Of a stretch of DNA of 64,000 nucleotides, positions 30,081-39,579 are shown piece after piece (positions within the stretch are counted from its first letter, which is position 1; every line of letters starts with the position of its first letter). This DNA comes from Planctomycetota bacterium (GTDB lineage Bacteria; Planctomycetota; UBA8108; SXIK01), in assembly GCA_965223265.1 (NCBI GenBank), contig OZ244999.1, positions 736,001-800,000 of the forward strand, in the 5' to 3' direction. The notes under the pieces are model-generated. The model did not search any database. It was given only the letters and a program-made list of their open reading frames with translations, and had not been told where the DNA came from. Made by a program: the position numbers and the translations under genes.

Positions 30081-30349
30081 GAGGGTTGATCTTCGAGCTT
30101 GACCATTTTGCCCCGACCCGGCCGAACGAGTCTACCGCGACCCCGCGGCCTCTTGGACTTTTTGCGACCCCAGAAGATCGCGTGCAGGTTCACAAAACCC
30201 TGTGCGGTCCTTCGGCGAACGTTCTCCATGATCTGAAGTGTTAGAACCTTTTTGCGTTGGTGCGTGCCCGTGATTGCGGTCTACTATTGCCATCGTCCTT
30301 GTCGTTCGCAGCCGTACATCATACGTTTCCCCGTTGACTTTGCACGACG

Positions 30350-30742
30350 ATGCAGACCGAGTTTTCCTTTCAGCTGCCTCACGGATACGTCGACCCGGAT
30401 GGCAAGGTCCATGCTGACGGTGTGATGCGTTTGGCGCGCGCCGGTGACGAAGTGTTGCTGCTCGAGGATCCGCGAGTGCAGAGTAACCGCGCCTATCTCG
30501 TCGTACTTCTCATGGCGCGAGTTCTTGTGCGGCTCGGCACGCTCGAAGGTGATGAGATCACGGAACAATGCATCGAAGGTCTCTTTTCCGCCGACCTTGC
30601 ATACTTGCAACGCTTTTACCGAAGAATCAACGGCTTGGACGCAGCGCCGGACCGTGTCTGCTGTCCGCAGTGCCAGCATCAGTTTGAGCTCAAGCACGAG
30701 GTCGATTCGATGCCATCCAGCGCGCCGGACACGCGACCGTAA
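30350..30742 (+). CDS. Phage tail assembly protein (type usually found in eCIS loci)
   Basis: TEFSFQLPHGYVD.DG..H..G.MRLA...DE.....DPRV..N.AY, LFSADLAYLQ and CPQCQHQF. Confidence 0.78.
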   Translation: MQTEFSFQLPHGYVDPDGKVHADGVMRLARAGDEVLLLEDPRVQSNRAYLVVLLMARVLVRLGTLEGDEITEQCIEGLFSADLAYLQRFYRRINGLDAAPDRVCCPQCQHQFELKHEVDSMPSSAPDTRP

Positions 30743-30807
30743 CGCAGCGCCACGTTCGGCTCTGGTCTCCCGATTTCCTTTCTCGGGTTCGCTCGTCGAC
30801 ACTATAG

Positions 30808-30850
30808 CCCACGCCCACGCGCAAACGGTCACGCCCGAAAACGCCCGCCA
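30808..30850 (+). repeat. Short hexamer array remnant between convergent genes
   Basis: cccacg cccacg cgcaaacg gtcacg cccgaaaacg. Confidence 0.5.
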
Positions 30851-30871
30851 CAGTCGGAGAGTCGAAAAGCG

Positions 30872-32977
30872 CTAGCGCCCCAAACGCTGCAGCATCGCGC
30901 TACGGACGGTGCGCAGGCTTCGACGCGTGTTGATGTAGAAGTAGCGAATCCATGACCAGCCTTGCGACTGCAGTGGGTCCAGCGCGATTTCAGCGTCGGC
31001 ATGGCTCGCGTCTTGAGTGTTGGCCGGGGCATCAAAGCCCTGCAGCAGCGGCTCAATGTTCGGAGCGGGAGGCAGCAGTGAGGCGACGTGATCGAGGGCC
31101 GTCCGCGCCATGCGGGCGCTCGCGACAACGAACGCGTCGACTGTTTCGGGATCTGACAAAGCAGCCAGATAGCCCTCGAAGAGCTCGAGATCTCCCTCCA
31201 TGCGATGCGTCGAGCGCACGAGCATTTCAAGCCCTCGCTGCGCCTCCGGCCGGACTCCGCACTGGCGCATCTCGAGCGCCGTAATGAATTCCCGTCGGAC
31301 CTCCTTCAGGCTCCGCTTCCACTCGGCAAGCTGCGTCGCATCGACCGCGCCGGCATCGATCTGGTGCCAAATCGTCTTGTAGTGATTCACGGCCGTGTGC
31401 ACCGATCCGGCCCACGCGTTCGCAAGTTCGGACAGGCCGCTCAGTCCGCGTGCGACCGCCTGAGCGGCCGGCAACTCAGGCGAGTAGTACCAGCGCAGGG
31501 CCGCTGCCATCGCTTGCTCCGGTACGTAGTCGTGGGTGTTCCAAGCGTAAGCCATGGCCGTCGCGGCCGCTGCCGCATAGGCGTCGAGCGGGCGTGCAGA
31601 GTTCAGATAGTAGCCGCGCACTTCTTTGCCGAAGTCGCTCGGGCGCGCGGTGAGCGGGAAGGGCCAGAGTGCACCGTGCCGGTAGTCGTTGATCTGTTCG
31701 TTATCGAAGAAGATAGGTTTGCGGCCGACGAGGTCGGTGAACTCGCTCTTCAGATCTTGCTGGTAGACCCCTGGGTGCCCGCCCCAAAAGTTTGCCAGGT
31801 AGACCTCGATGTCCGCCGGGAGGTCGCGGCCGTAAGTCTCGAGATAGCGGCGCTGCTCCGCGGTTTCTTCGGCGTCAGCCCGGCCACTCCATTTCGCGTT
31901 CATTTGGCCGGGGTACCAGTAAAACTGCGGACAGCAGAAGAATTCGACGCGACTCCCTGTGACTTCCTGGAGTCGAGCGTAGATCTCTCCTGCGAGCGCG
32001 CACTCGTCCTCCGCGGTTTCCCACGGCACGTCGTCGAACAACAGGCCGAACGATCGAAATCCACAAGCGGCGGCGTCTTCAAAAGCGTTGAGAATCGCTT
32101 TCCGCGCTGCCGGGCTTTTGAGATCGTAGTCGCGGCCGAAGCTCATGCGCCGCAGCTCGTAGACCAGTTCAACACCGCGCTCCCGAGCGTACTCGACGAA
32201 GTACTCGTCTTCCTTCCATAGTCTGTCGCCAGGTATCCAGCCCCAGCCGTTGTAGAGGACGCGATTGGCTTTAAATGCCCAGGCAAGGTCGATGCCAAGG
32301 CGAAGTGAATCGGTGCGCCACAGCGCCCAGCCGCCGAGGAATCGTATGTCGATGTCGGGCCAATCGACGATCTCGTCGGCATCGATCGAGACCAACCCGG
32401 TGTCCTCCGTGACGAGGCTCTGAGCCACGGTTGCTGCGCCGCGCTCGAAACCTGCATGGCTTCGAGAGATCACGCACAAGTCCTCGCCGCTCGGCGCGAT
32501 GGCGTAGGACTCCCCGTGCGCCGGGAGCGTCAGGCCACGGGCTGCGAGGGCGCCTTCGACGGCGTCTCCGGGCCGCGCAAGCAAAAATCGAATCCGCCGC
32601 AGTGGCGCGATTCTGGCGTCGCTCGCGGTTGGTGCCGGCGTCGTGGTTTCTCGAGGTGCTGAGTGCTGCAGTGCCGAAAACGTGCGGTCGGTCGACGCCG
32701 CGAGTTCACAGCGAATGTCCCAGCGCTTCCACGCGTCGGCAAGGTGCTGCGCAGCCAGTCTCGCCGAGTTGGCCCCGGCCGTGTCGGCAGCGATCTCGAC
32801 TTGCACACTACAGACAGCGTCGCCGACGCGTCGACTCAAGTGTCGACGTCCGAGCCGTCTCCGGCGCTGAGCTCGCGGTAGGTACCGCGTCGCTGCCTCG
32901 TTCGGCTGCGGCACCGCGGCGCCGCGGTACGGGTTGTCGACCAGACCGTAGAAGTCGGTGTTCGCTGGCAGCAGCAC
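30872..32977 (-). CDS. GH84-like beta-N-acetylglucosaminidase with GH20b-like N-domain
   Basis: ESYAI...DWPDIDIR, FGLLFDDV (catalytic DD), FCCPQFY, FDNEQIND and YAWN; start codon uncertain. Confidence 0.7.
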   Translation of the reverse strand: MLLPANTDFYGLVDNPYRGAAVPQPNEAATRYLPRAQRRRRLGRRHLSRRVGDAVCSVQVEIAADTAGANSARLAAQHLADAWKRWDIRCELAASTDRTFSALQHSAPRETTTPAPTASDARIAPLRRIRFLLARPGDAVEGALAARGLTLPAHGESYAIAPSGEDLCVISRSHAGFERGAATVAQSLVTEDTGLVSIDADEIVDWPDIDIRFLGGWALWRTDSLRLGIDLAWAFKANRVLYNGWGWIPGDRLWKEDEYFVEYARERGVELVYELRRMSFGRDYDLKSPAARKAILNAFEDAAACGFRSFGLLFDDVPWETAEDECALAGEIYARLQEVTGSRVEFFCCPQFYWYPGQMNAKWSGRADAEETAEQRRYLETYGRDLPADIEVYLANFWGGHPGVYQQDLKSEFTDLVGRKPIFFDNEQINDYRHGALWPFPLTARPSDFGKEVRGYYLNSARPLDAYAAAAATAMAYAWNTHDYVPEQAMAAALRWYYSPELPAAQAVARGLSGLSELANAWAGSVHTAVNHYKTIWHQIDAGAVDATQLAEWKRSLKEVRREFITALEMRQCGVRPEAQRGLEMLVRSTHRMEGDLELFEGYLAALSDPETVDAFVVASARMARTALDHVASLLPPAPNIEPLLQGFDAPANTQDASHADAEIALDPLQSQGWSWIRYFYINTRRSLRTVRSAMLQRLGR

Positions 32978-32995
32978 GGTAGTGTTCTCTCTCGG

Positions 32996-33781
32996 CTAAC
33001 CGGCTTGCTGTTTGCCCTGGGAATTCGCCTCGTCCGCGGGCGGCGATTCACTCTTTGTCTCTTTTTTCTTCCAGTACGTGTGGAGACCACACTCGGTTTT
33101 CGCTTTGCCAGCCCAACGCCCGGCTCGTTCGTCGTTGACATCGCTGTTCGGTCGCGTGCACGGCTCGCAGCCTATACTCGTGTAGCCACTCGCGAAGAGT
33201 GGGTGAAGAGGAACCTTGTTCTGGGCAATGAAAGTGTCGACCTGCACGCGTGTCCAAAACGCGAGCGGCTGGACCTTCAGCTTGTCTCCTTCGAGAACCT
33301 CGATTGGTTCGGCGGCCTTGCGAGACGACGATTGATCTCGCCGAACGCCTGTGATCCAGCCGCGGTGGTCTTGAAGAAGTTCTGCAAACGGCTCCACTTT
33401 GTTCTTCTGACAGCACAGGTCCGGATCTGTTTCGTAGAGTTTCTCACCGTGTTTCTGTTTGAATGCATCGCCGTACAGCTGCGGACGCTTCAGACGCAGA
33501 TGGAGTCCCCACTCGTCTCGCAGCCGATCTGCGAAGTCGAGGCTGGCTCGAAAGTGGAACCCCGTGTCGACGAAATAGATCGGTAAGTCGAGACCGAGTT
33601 CCTTAATGATGAACATGATGCACATGCCACTCTTTCCGAACGCAGTGCTCATCATGAGGCCACCGCCGAGCAGATCGTACGCCCACTGAATCAGTGTGCT
33701 GGCATCCTGGTCGGTGCCGTTCGCCCTCGCCGCCGCAACGGCTTCGCGAATGTTGACCTTTGAGTCGCCGGGATTTTCCAT
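32996..33781 (-). CDS. cysH: Phosphoadenylyl-/adenylyl-sulfate reductase (Fe-S type)
   Basis: DTGFHF, CC...KVEP, GVRRDQS, GYTSIGCEPCT, RAGRW and ECGLH. Confidence 0.93.
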   Translation of the reverse strand: MENPGDSKVNIREAVAAARANGTDQDASTLIQWAYDLLGGGLMMSTAFGKSGMCIMFIIKELGLDLPIYFVDTGFHFRASLDFADRLRDEWGLHLRLKRPQLYGDAFKQKHGEKLYETDPDLCCQKNKVEPFAELLQDHRGWITGVRRDQSSSRKAAEPIEVLEGDKLKVQPLAFWTRVQVDTFIAQNKVPLHPLFASGYTSIGCEPCTRPNSDVNDERAGRWAGKAKTECGLHTYWKKKETKSESPPADEANSQGKQQAG

Positions 33782-33836
33782 GAAAGCCTCTGTCGAGCGG
33801 ATTCGTCGATGGCGGTCGAACCGAATCAACGATCTT

Positions 33837-35156
33837 TTAGTGGTTGGAGGAAGTTAGTTGTGAGCGAGCGAAATCTTGAAGAAACGGTGCGACACGATCG
33901 AGTTCACGCAGCAGGACGACTTCACCGACCACGATCAAAGCTGGAGCCGAGCATTCACTCTCGCGTGCCAGCGTGGCCAGTTTTCCCAACTCGGAGGTCA
34001 ATACGCGTTGATCCGGCAAGGTGCCGTTTTCGATGATGGCTGCCGGCGTCGATAGGGAAACTCCTTCGGAGCACAGCTCCTCGACGACGTGCTGCAGTCT
34101 CGACACGGCCATGAAGTAAACGTAGGTCCTCTGCGACGTGCCGGCGCTGGCTTCGAACGCAGAACGACCTTCGGCAGCCGGCAGTCGGTGTCCACTCCGA
34201 ATCACCAGCTCGCTGGCGACGCCGCGATAGGTAACAGGGATTTCTGCTGCGGCGGGTACCGCGCTCAGCGACGAGATGCCCGGGACGATTTCGAATGGCA
34301 CGCGGGCTCGGCGCAGGGCAAGGAGCTCCTCGCCGCCGCGCCCGAAGACCATGGGGTCGCCACCCTTTAACCGCGCGACGCATCGGCCGTCACGGGCTGC
34401 CTGCACCATGAGCTCGGCGATGTTGGCGCGGTGAGCGTGGCCGACTTCTTTGCCCACATAGACCTTTTCCGCCGTTGGCGCCGCGAGAGCGACCACACTG
34501 TCGCTGACGAGTCGATCATAGAACACGACGTCAGCGCTCTGTAGCACTTCGTAGCCTCGTAGAGTGACCAGTTCGCTGGCGCCGGGACCTCCTCCCACCA
34601 GGTACACCCAACCGGGAGAAACCGCTCGAGTTGTCGATTCGCCGATCGCCGGAGTGGCCGCGCCGCGTGGTGTGTCGAGGACTGCCGAGATCGTCTTCCG
34701 ATGGCGTTCGCACCACGTTGCGAGCGCATCGCGGACACGCTTCGCTGCGGCCGGGTTGACTCCTCCGGTCGACACTGAGATATCGAGTCGCGCGTGCTCG
34801 ACGACGGCAGGGACGTGGACATCGCCGCGCGCTTCATCGGCAGCGCAGTTGAAGAGAAATGATCGAGTCTGCGACAGCTCCTCAAGCAGTGTGAGCACAC
34901 CTCGATCGCCGGTCGCCGCGATCACCAGAGTCGCACCTTCAACGTCGTCTGCAAGGAATCGCCGATCGACCCATAGGATGGATCCATGATCGACGAAGCG
35001 CTGTAGCTCCGGCGCGAGATCGGGGCTGACGATCGTGACGTGAGCGCCGCAGTCGACGAGCCGCGGTACGCGGCGGCTAGCGACGCGTCCACCGCCGACC
35101 ACGAGGACGCGCTTGCCGGTGAGCTTGAGGTGGATCGGGTAGAGCGAGTGCTGCAT
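33837..35156 (-). CDS. cysG: Siroheme synthase (dehydrogenase/ferrochelatase plus SUMT)
   Basis: VVGGGRVA N-terminal domain; LVGGGPG, YDRLV, RLKGGDPMVFGRGGEE and VPGISS. Confidence 0.92.
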   Translation of the reverse strand: MQHSLYPIHLKLTGKRVLVVGGGRVASRRVPRLVDCGAHVTIVSPDLAPELQRFVDHGSILWVDRRFLADDVEGATLVIAATGDRGVLTLLEELSQTRSFLFNCAADEARGDVHVPAVVEHARLDISVSTGGVNPAAAKRVRDALATWCERHRKTISAVLDTPRGAATPAIGESTTRAVSPGWVYLVGGGPGASELVTLRGYEVLQSADVVFYDRLVSDSVVALAAPTAEKVYVGKEVGHAHRANIAELMVQAARDGRCVARLKGGDPMVFGRGGEELLALRRARVPFEIVPGISSLSAVPAAAEIPVTYRGVASELVIRSGHRLPAAEGRSAFEASAGTSQRTYVYFMAVSRLQHVVEELCSEGVSLSTPAAIIENGTLPDQRVLTSELGKLATLARESECSAPALIVVGEVVLLRELDRVAPFLQDFARSQLTSSNH

Positions 35157-35795
35157 CGGGAGTCGTTAGGTGCGAGAAAGGGTCGAGACGGAACTTGGTG
35201 CATCGGGAGAAGTGTGCCACACGGAGTACTTCGTCGTACGTCGCGCGCGATTCAACGGCGGCAGCCATCGATCGCGCCGCTCGGGCTGCGTTCGTCGCCG
35301 CAGCTCAAGCCGTGAAGTGCGCGGATTCACCTGGGGGCGGATCGGGTCAGCGGAAGCGTGCCCGTTCCGGGTCGAAAGTTGTGGGAGCGCTTACCGCACT
35401 CCCTTGATACAGGTACAGTTCAGGTGTCCGAGCGAGTCCATCGCAGCAATCCCTTCGCAGGAATCCATCGCGAAAATGATAGCGTTTTGCGAGTCGTTGG
35501 CGAGCGCGTGTGGCGTCGCCAAGAAACCCATCCTAGGTGGCGGACGGCGCGGATGCAATACGATTTGTGACCCCAGCGAGCAGAAACACACAGTCCCGCG
35601 GGCAGCGGAATGGCAGCTGGATGTACGGGGAGGCGGTCGATAGAATCCGGTTTTGCTTTTTTTACCTACCCAGCGGGCCGTCCAGATCGGCTCAAGGCCG
35701 CCCATCGACAACTCGCCGGACGCGCTCTACCTCCACAAGGCGGCGCTCGTTTCCGGCGTGCCAGACGGCGATGACCAAAACTTGAAGGAGGAACT

Positions 35796-36404
35796 ATGGC
35801 TTACGAGTTGCCATCTCTACCATACGCCTACGACGCGCTGGAGCCGCACATCGACGCCAGAACGATGGAGATCCATCACACGAAGCACCATCAAACGTAT
35901 ATCAACAATGTCAATGCGGCGCTGGAGGGGCACCCCGCGCTCGCGGCGAAGTCGGTCGAGGACCTCGTCAGCGACCTGGCTTCCGTACCAGAAGCGATTC
36001 GCGGGGCGGTGCGCAACAATGGTGGCGGGCACGCCAATCACTCCCTTTTTTGGCAGATCATGGGGCCGGGAAAGGGGGGCGAGCCGGGCGGTGACGTAGG
36101 CGCAGCGATCGCGTCGACGTTTGGCAGTTTCGGCGCGTTCACCGAAGAGTTCGCGAAGGCGGGCGCGACCCGTTTCGGATCGGGGTGGGCGTGGCTGGTC
36201 GTCGAGGGCGGCAAGCTGGCTGTCACAAGCACGCCGAATCAGGACACTCCGCTCTCCGAAGGCAAGACACCGATTCTTGGTCTCGACGTGTGGGAGCACG
36301 CCTACTACCTGAATTATCAAAACCGACGTCCTGACTACATCAAGGCGTTCTGGAACGTTGTCAATTGGGACAAGGTCGCCGAGCTTTACGCGGCAGCCAA
36401 GTGA
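35796..36404 (+). CDS. sodA: Superoxide dismutase, Mn-type
   Basis: [28 protein letters not shown] and DVWEHAYY; AAGGAGG SD. Confidence 0.95.
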   Translation: MAYELPSLPYAYDALEPHIDARTMEIHHTKHHQTYINNVNAALEGHPALAAKSVEDLVSDLASVPEAIRGAVRNNGGGHANHSLFWQIMGPGKGGEPGGDVGAAIASTFGSFGAFTEEFAKAGATRFGSGWAWLVVEGGKLAVTSTPNQDTPLSEGKTPILGLDVWEHAYYLNYQNRRPDYIKAFWNVVNWDKVAELYAAAK

Positions 36405-36545
36405 CAGCTGCTGATCCCTAGCCCACATTTTTCTGCTGCGAGCTCCTCGGTCTTGGCTTCGATCGAAGATTGTTGCCGAGATCGCGGAGCTGGCAGACGA
36501 GGCGCTGCGGAGACGGCTCGCTCGCAGCATCCGTTGACTCGTTGA

Positions 36546-37922
36546 CTATCCAGGAGGGGTGCTCAGCCAGGGAGGTTGAGCTGCCCTGCGAAAGTGTGCC
36601 TCCAGCTTCTCGAGCGAGATACGTCGAGGTCGGTCCGGTGTGCTTCGTTCGATCAGGGTGACTTCGCCGTGTTCCTGTTCCGCTCCGACTTCGACGACAC
36701 AGGCGACGCGATCCTCAAACGCGGCCCGCACTTTGAACCGCAGTCGCTCGCGGCGGCGCTCCAAGTCGGCTGTGACGCCGGCGTCCGCGAGCTTCTGAGT
36801 CAGTCGCTCGGCGGTTGAAAGAAACTCCGTGCGTGCTGGGATCACGCGCACCTGACGTGGCGAAAGCCAGAACGGTAGATTTCCACGCTGGCGTTCGAGC
36901 AGCCGCCAGAGGAGGTCGCGAGCATTCTGACCGAGTGCCGTTCGCTGCCTGAGTGGAGACTCCGTCTCGAGGCGGCGCGGAACCGGCGACGCAGGCCACA
37001 CCGCGACAACACCGCATTCACACGCGACGTCGAAGCGGTTGTAGATGCAGAAACTGAGCCGAAGCGGTGTGCCTGGGTCAACGAACTCGTCGTCAACCTC
37101 GGCGCCGAGGTCTCGAAGCACCGCTCTGACGCCGCCGACGCGAAGGCCTAAGCGGAGCGAGGTGACGTCCGGATACGTCAAATGAACCGCGAAGGGAAGC
37201 TCCAGCATCCGGTAGATCGCGGCGGCCGCTACCAGAGTCGTCGCGGCTGCCATCGGCTGCTGAGTTGGGCGATCGGCGTCGGATGCGGCGGTGTAATCAT
37301 CGATGGCCCTTTCGAGGCGCGCCACGATCAACTCACCAGCCTTGGAGAGATGCGCCAGTTCGTGGTCGTGGGCTGCGCCGATTTCGCGCGCACTGGGCTC
37401 GACGATTCTCAATCGAGCGCCAAGGTCGAATGCATCACGTTCTATCCCGGCCTCGTAGCGGGCGACAAGCAGCTGGAAGCGCCGCGCGTCCATGCTGGCG
37501 ACACCATCGATCTGTCGTCGCCCGCCACAGGGTGATCCTGTTGACTCGCCGGACAGGGATGATGCTTGGCGCCGCGAAGGCGTCGGGTCGAAGAGCTCAA
37601 GCTCAGCCGAAAAAGCGTCTCGTCCGGTAGCAAGGGCCTTTGCCGCTCGCCGTGCCAGCGACCGGATTTCACCAGGGAGAAAGTCGACTGCCTCGGCGGG
37701 TCGTATCGAAAAACCCTCGAACGGCAGGAGTCGCGGCCGCACAGTGCAGCCGCGGCAGCGCGGATCGAGTTCGGGAAGAACCCGCTCCAAAGCGCCGCAG
37801 AGTCTGACCATCTCCGCCGAGGAATCCGTCCTCCACGCTCCCTCGTGACCACAGCAGAACTGCCTTGGACTGACGAGCGCTGGCTCGCCCTCTGCGTGGC
37901 AAGCCGATGGGCGGTCGTTCAT
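36546..37922 (-). CDS. Degenerate threonyl-tRNA synthetase-like protein with HGTP anticodon-binding domain
   Basis: LLERQRGNLPFWLSPRQVRVIP and the downstream anticodon-binding domain match the ThrRS C-terminus; catalytic motifs are eroded. Confidence 0.68.
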   Translation of the reverse strand: MNDRPSACHAEGEPALVSPRQFCCGHEGAWRTDSSAEMVRLCGALERVLPELDPRCRGCTVRPRLLPFEGFSIRPAEAVDFLPGEIRSLARRAAKALATGRDAFSAELELFDPTPSRRQASSLSGESTGSPCGGRRQIDGVASMDARRFQLLVARYEAGIERDAFDLGARLRIVEPSAREIGAAHDHELAHLSKAGELIVARLERAIDDYTAASDADRPTQQPMAAATTLVAAAAIYRMLELPFAVHLTYPDVTSLRLGLRVGGVRAVLRDLGAEVDDEFVDPGTPLRLSFCIYNRFDVACECGVVAVWPASPVPRRLETESPLRQRTALGQNARDLLWRLLERQRGNLPFWLSPRQVRVIPARTEFLSTAERLTQKLADAGVTADLERRRERLRFKVRAAFEDRVACVVEVGAEQEHGEVTLIERSTPDRPRRISLEKLEAHFRRAAQPPWLSTPPG

Positions 37923-37963
37923 TTTCGTGCTGTCTTCTTAGCAGCCTGTTCAGGCTAATCTAT

Positions 37964-38140
37964 CAGTCCGTTGAAAGAGTCACTCGGCCGAGAAACGGGC
38001 CTCTTCACGCTCGGCTCGACCGCGTCACTACTCACCACGATACCTTACAGAAGAGGGCTCGAAGATTATCTGCGTTTGCTGCACCCGATCTGGATGCGAA
38101 GAGACCAGTTTTCGACTCGAAGCACTCTTTCAACAGGCTG
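37964..38140. mobile_element. MITE family A, long-centre subtype
   Basis: CAGTCCGTTGAAAGAGT ... ACTCTTTCAACAGGCTG, followed by CTAA. Confidence 0.8.
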
Positions 38141-39184
38141 CTAAGCGTCGAAGTTGGCTCCGACGGCGCCCGGCGCCACCGGTTGTCGGCCTGGGTCTAA
38201 CGGCTCGACTTCGTCGGTCTCATCCCTGATCTCGCCGACGAGCTCCTCGAGAACATCCTCGAGCGATACAACGCCACTCGTACCTCCGTACTCATCGAGG
38301 ACGACGAAAAGGTGTTGCCGAGTCTTTTGAAACTCCTCGAGCAGCGTCAAGGCTACGGTTCCTTCGTAGATGATCTTCGCTTCCTTCGCGATCTCGCCAA
38401 TCGTCTTGTCGCCATTACCCGCTGCGAGCGTCAAAAGTATGTCACGCAAGTAGGCGATGCCGACGATGCGATCGAGATCGCCCTCCTCGACGACGAGAAT
38501 GCGGCTATGCTCTGTCTGCAGCTCATCGCGGTCGATTTCTCGGAGCTTCATGTCTGCAGGAAAGGACGAGATCTCGACGCGGTGGGTCATGATGTCTTTC
38601 GCCGTGATGTCGTTTAAGCGAAAGACCTTCTGCACGAGGTCGCTTTCTTCTTGCGTGATTTCACCGCTGCGATTTGCGAGCTGCGCGAGAACGTTGATTT
38701 CATCTTCGCTACTCACTTTCGGTTCTTCTTTTCCGGTGAGCGGCCGAACGATTTTCTCGATGACCCAGATGAGCGGCAGAAGAATCTGAGTCATGAGCTG
38801 CACAACAGGAGCGGCGTAGAGCGACACCGTGCCGCAGTACTTCTCGCCGATCGTCTTGGGTGCGATTTCGGCGAAAACAATGACGAGGAACGTCAGGCAG
38901 GCGGAGAAAATCCCGACGCCTTCGCTCTTGAACAGCTTGGCTGCTTGGCTCCCGATGTAGATGGAGCCAACGATATTCACTGTGTTGTTGAGGATGACGA
39001 TGGTTGCGATCGGCCGGCGCAGATCTTCTTTGATCCGAAGAAGATGTTCGGCGAGTCGGTGCTTGCGGTCGACGGCAAGGTGGACTTGCGACACCGGGAC
39101 GCTAAAGAGCGCCGCCTCGGTCATCGACGTCAAACCCGACAGCACAAGGAGCGGAACTACATAAAAGAGTAGTAGTGTCGTCAT
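38141..39184 (-). CDS. CNNM/DUF21-CBS domain protein (hemolysin/CorC family)
   Basis: TEAALFS, TIVILNN, AEIAPK, DIMTHR and VLDEYGGTSGVVSLEDVLEELVGEI. Confidence 0.92.
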   Translation of the reverse strand: MTTLLLFYVVPLLVLSGLTSMTEAALFSVPVSQVHLAVDRKHRLAEHLLRIKEDLRRPIATIVILNNTVNIVGSIYIGSQAAKLFKSEGVGIFSACLTFLVIVFAEIAPKTIGEKYCGTVSLYAAPVVQLMTQILLPLIWVIEKIVRPLTGKEEPKVSSEDEINVLAQLANRSGEITQEESDLVQKVFRLNDITAKDIMTHRVEISSFPADMKLREIDRDELQTEHSRILVVEEGDLDRIVGIAYLRDILLTLAAGNGDKTIGEIAKEAKIIYEGTVALTLLEEFQKTRQHLFVVLDEYGGTSGVVSLEDVLEELVGEIRDETDEVEPLDPGRQPVAPGAVGANFDA

Positions 39185-39579
39185 CGAGGTCTGAAAAAAG
39201 TGTAGCACCCTCGCCTGTAAAGCCGCAACCGCAATGCGCCGCTCTTCGACGCTAGACCACCCTAAGTGCCTTCAGGGTCGTCCGATTTCGAACTCTGAAC
39301 GGCATTTATAGAACCGCGGCTCCGGGGCCTGGCGGCTACTCGGGAGGCCGAAAAATTGCTGGTGCGCGGCTTGACCTCGTTCCCTTGCTCCTGATAGCTT
39401 CCCTGTCCACAGGCCCGACGCGTGCGAGCCCTGGGTCGCGAAGCCTGCGCTTGAGACGTGTGCCTGCAGCAACTTCCCGACTTCTGATCTCATCTCATCA
39501 CCGATCACTGCGGTGTCAGCGTCTCCACCGCGTGCAGCCGGAGTGCGCTGCCCCAGCAATTCTAGCAAGGAGTCATCCC

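Noticed and set aside
35157-35795. SAM riboswitch or sRNA in the long cysG-sodA intergenic region
   Set aside because: Only short hairpins; no recognisable riboswitch consensus by eye. An Rfam scan would settle it.
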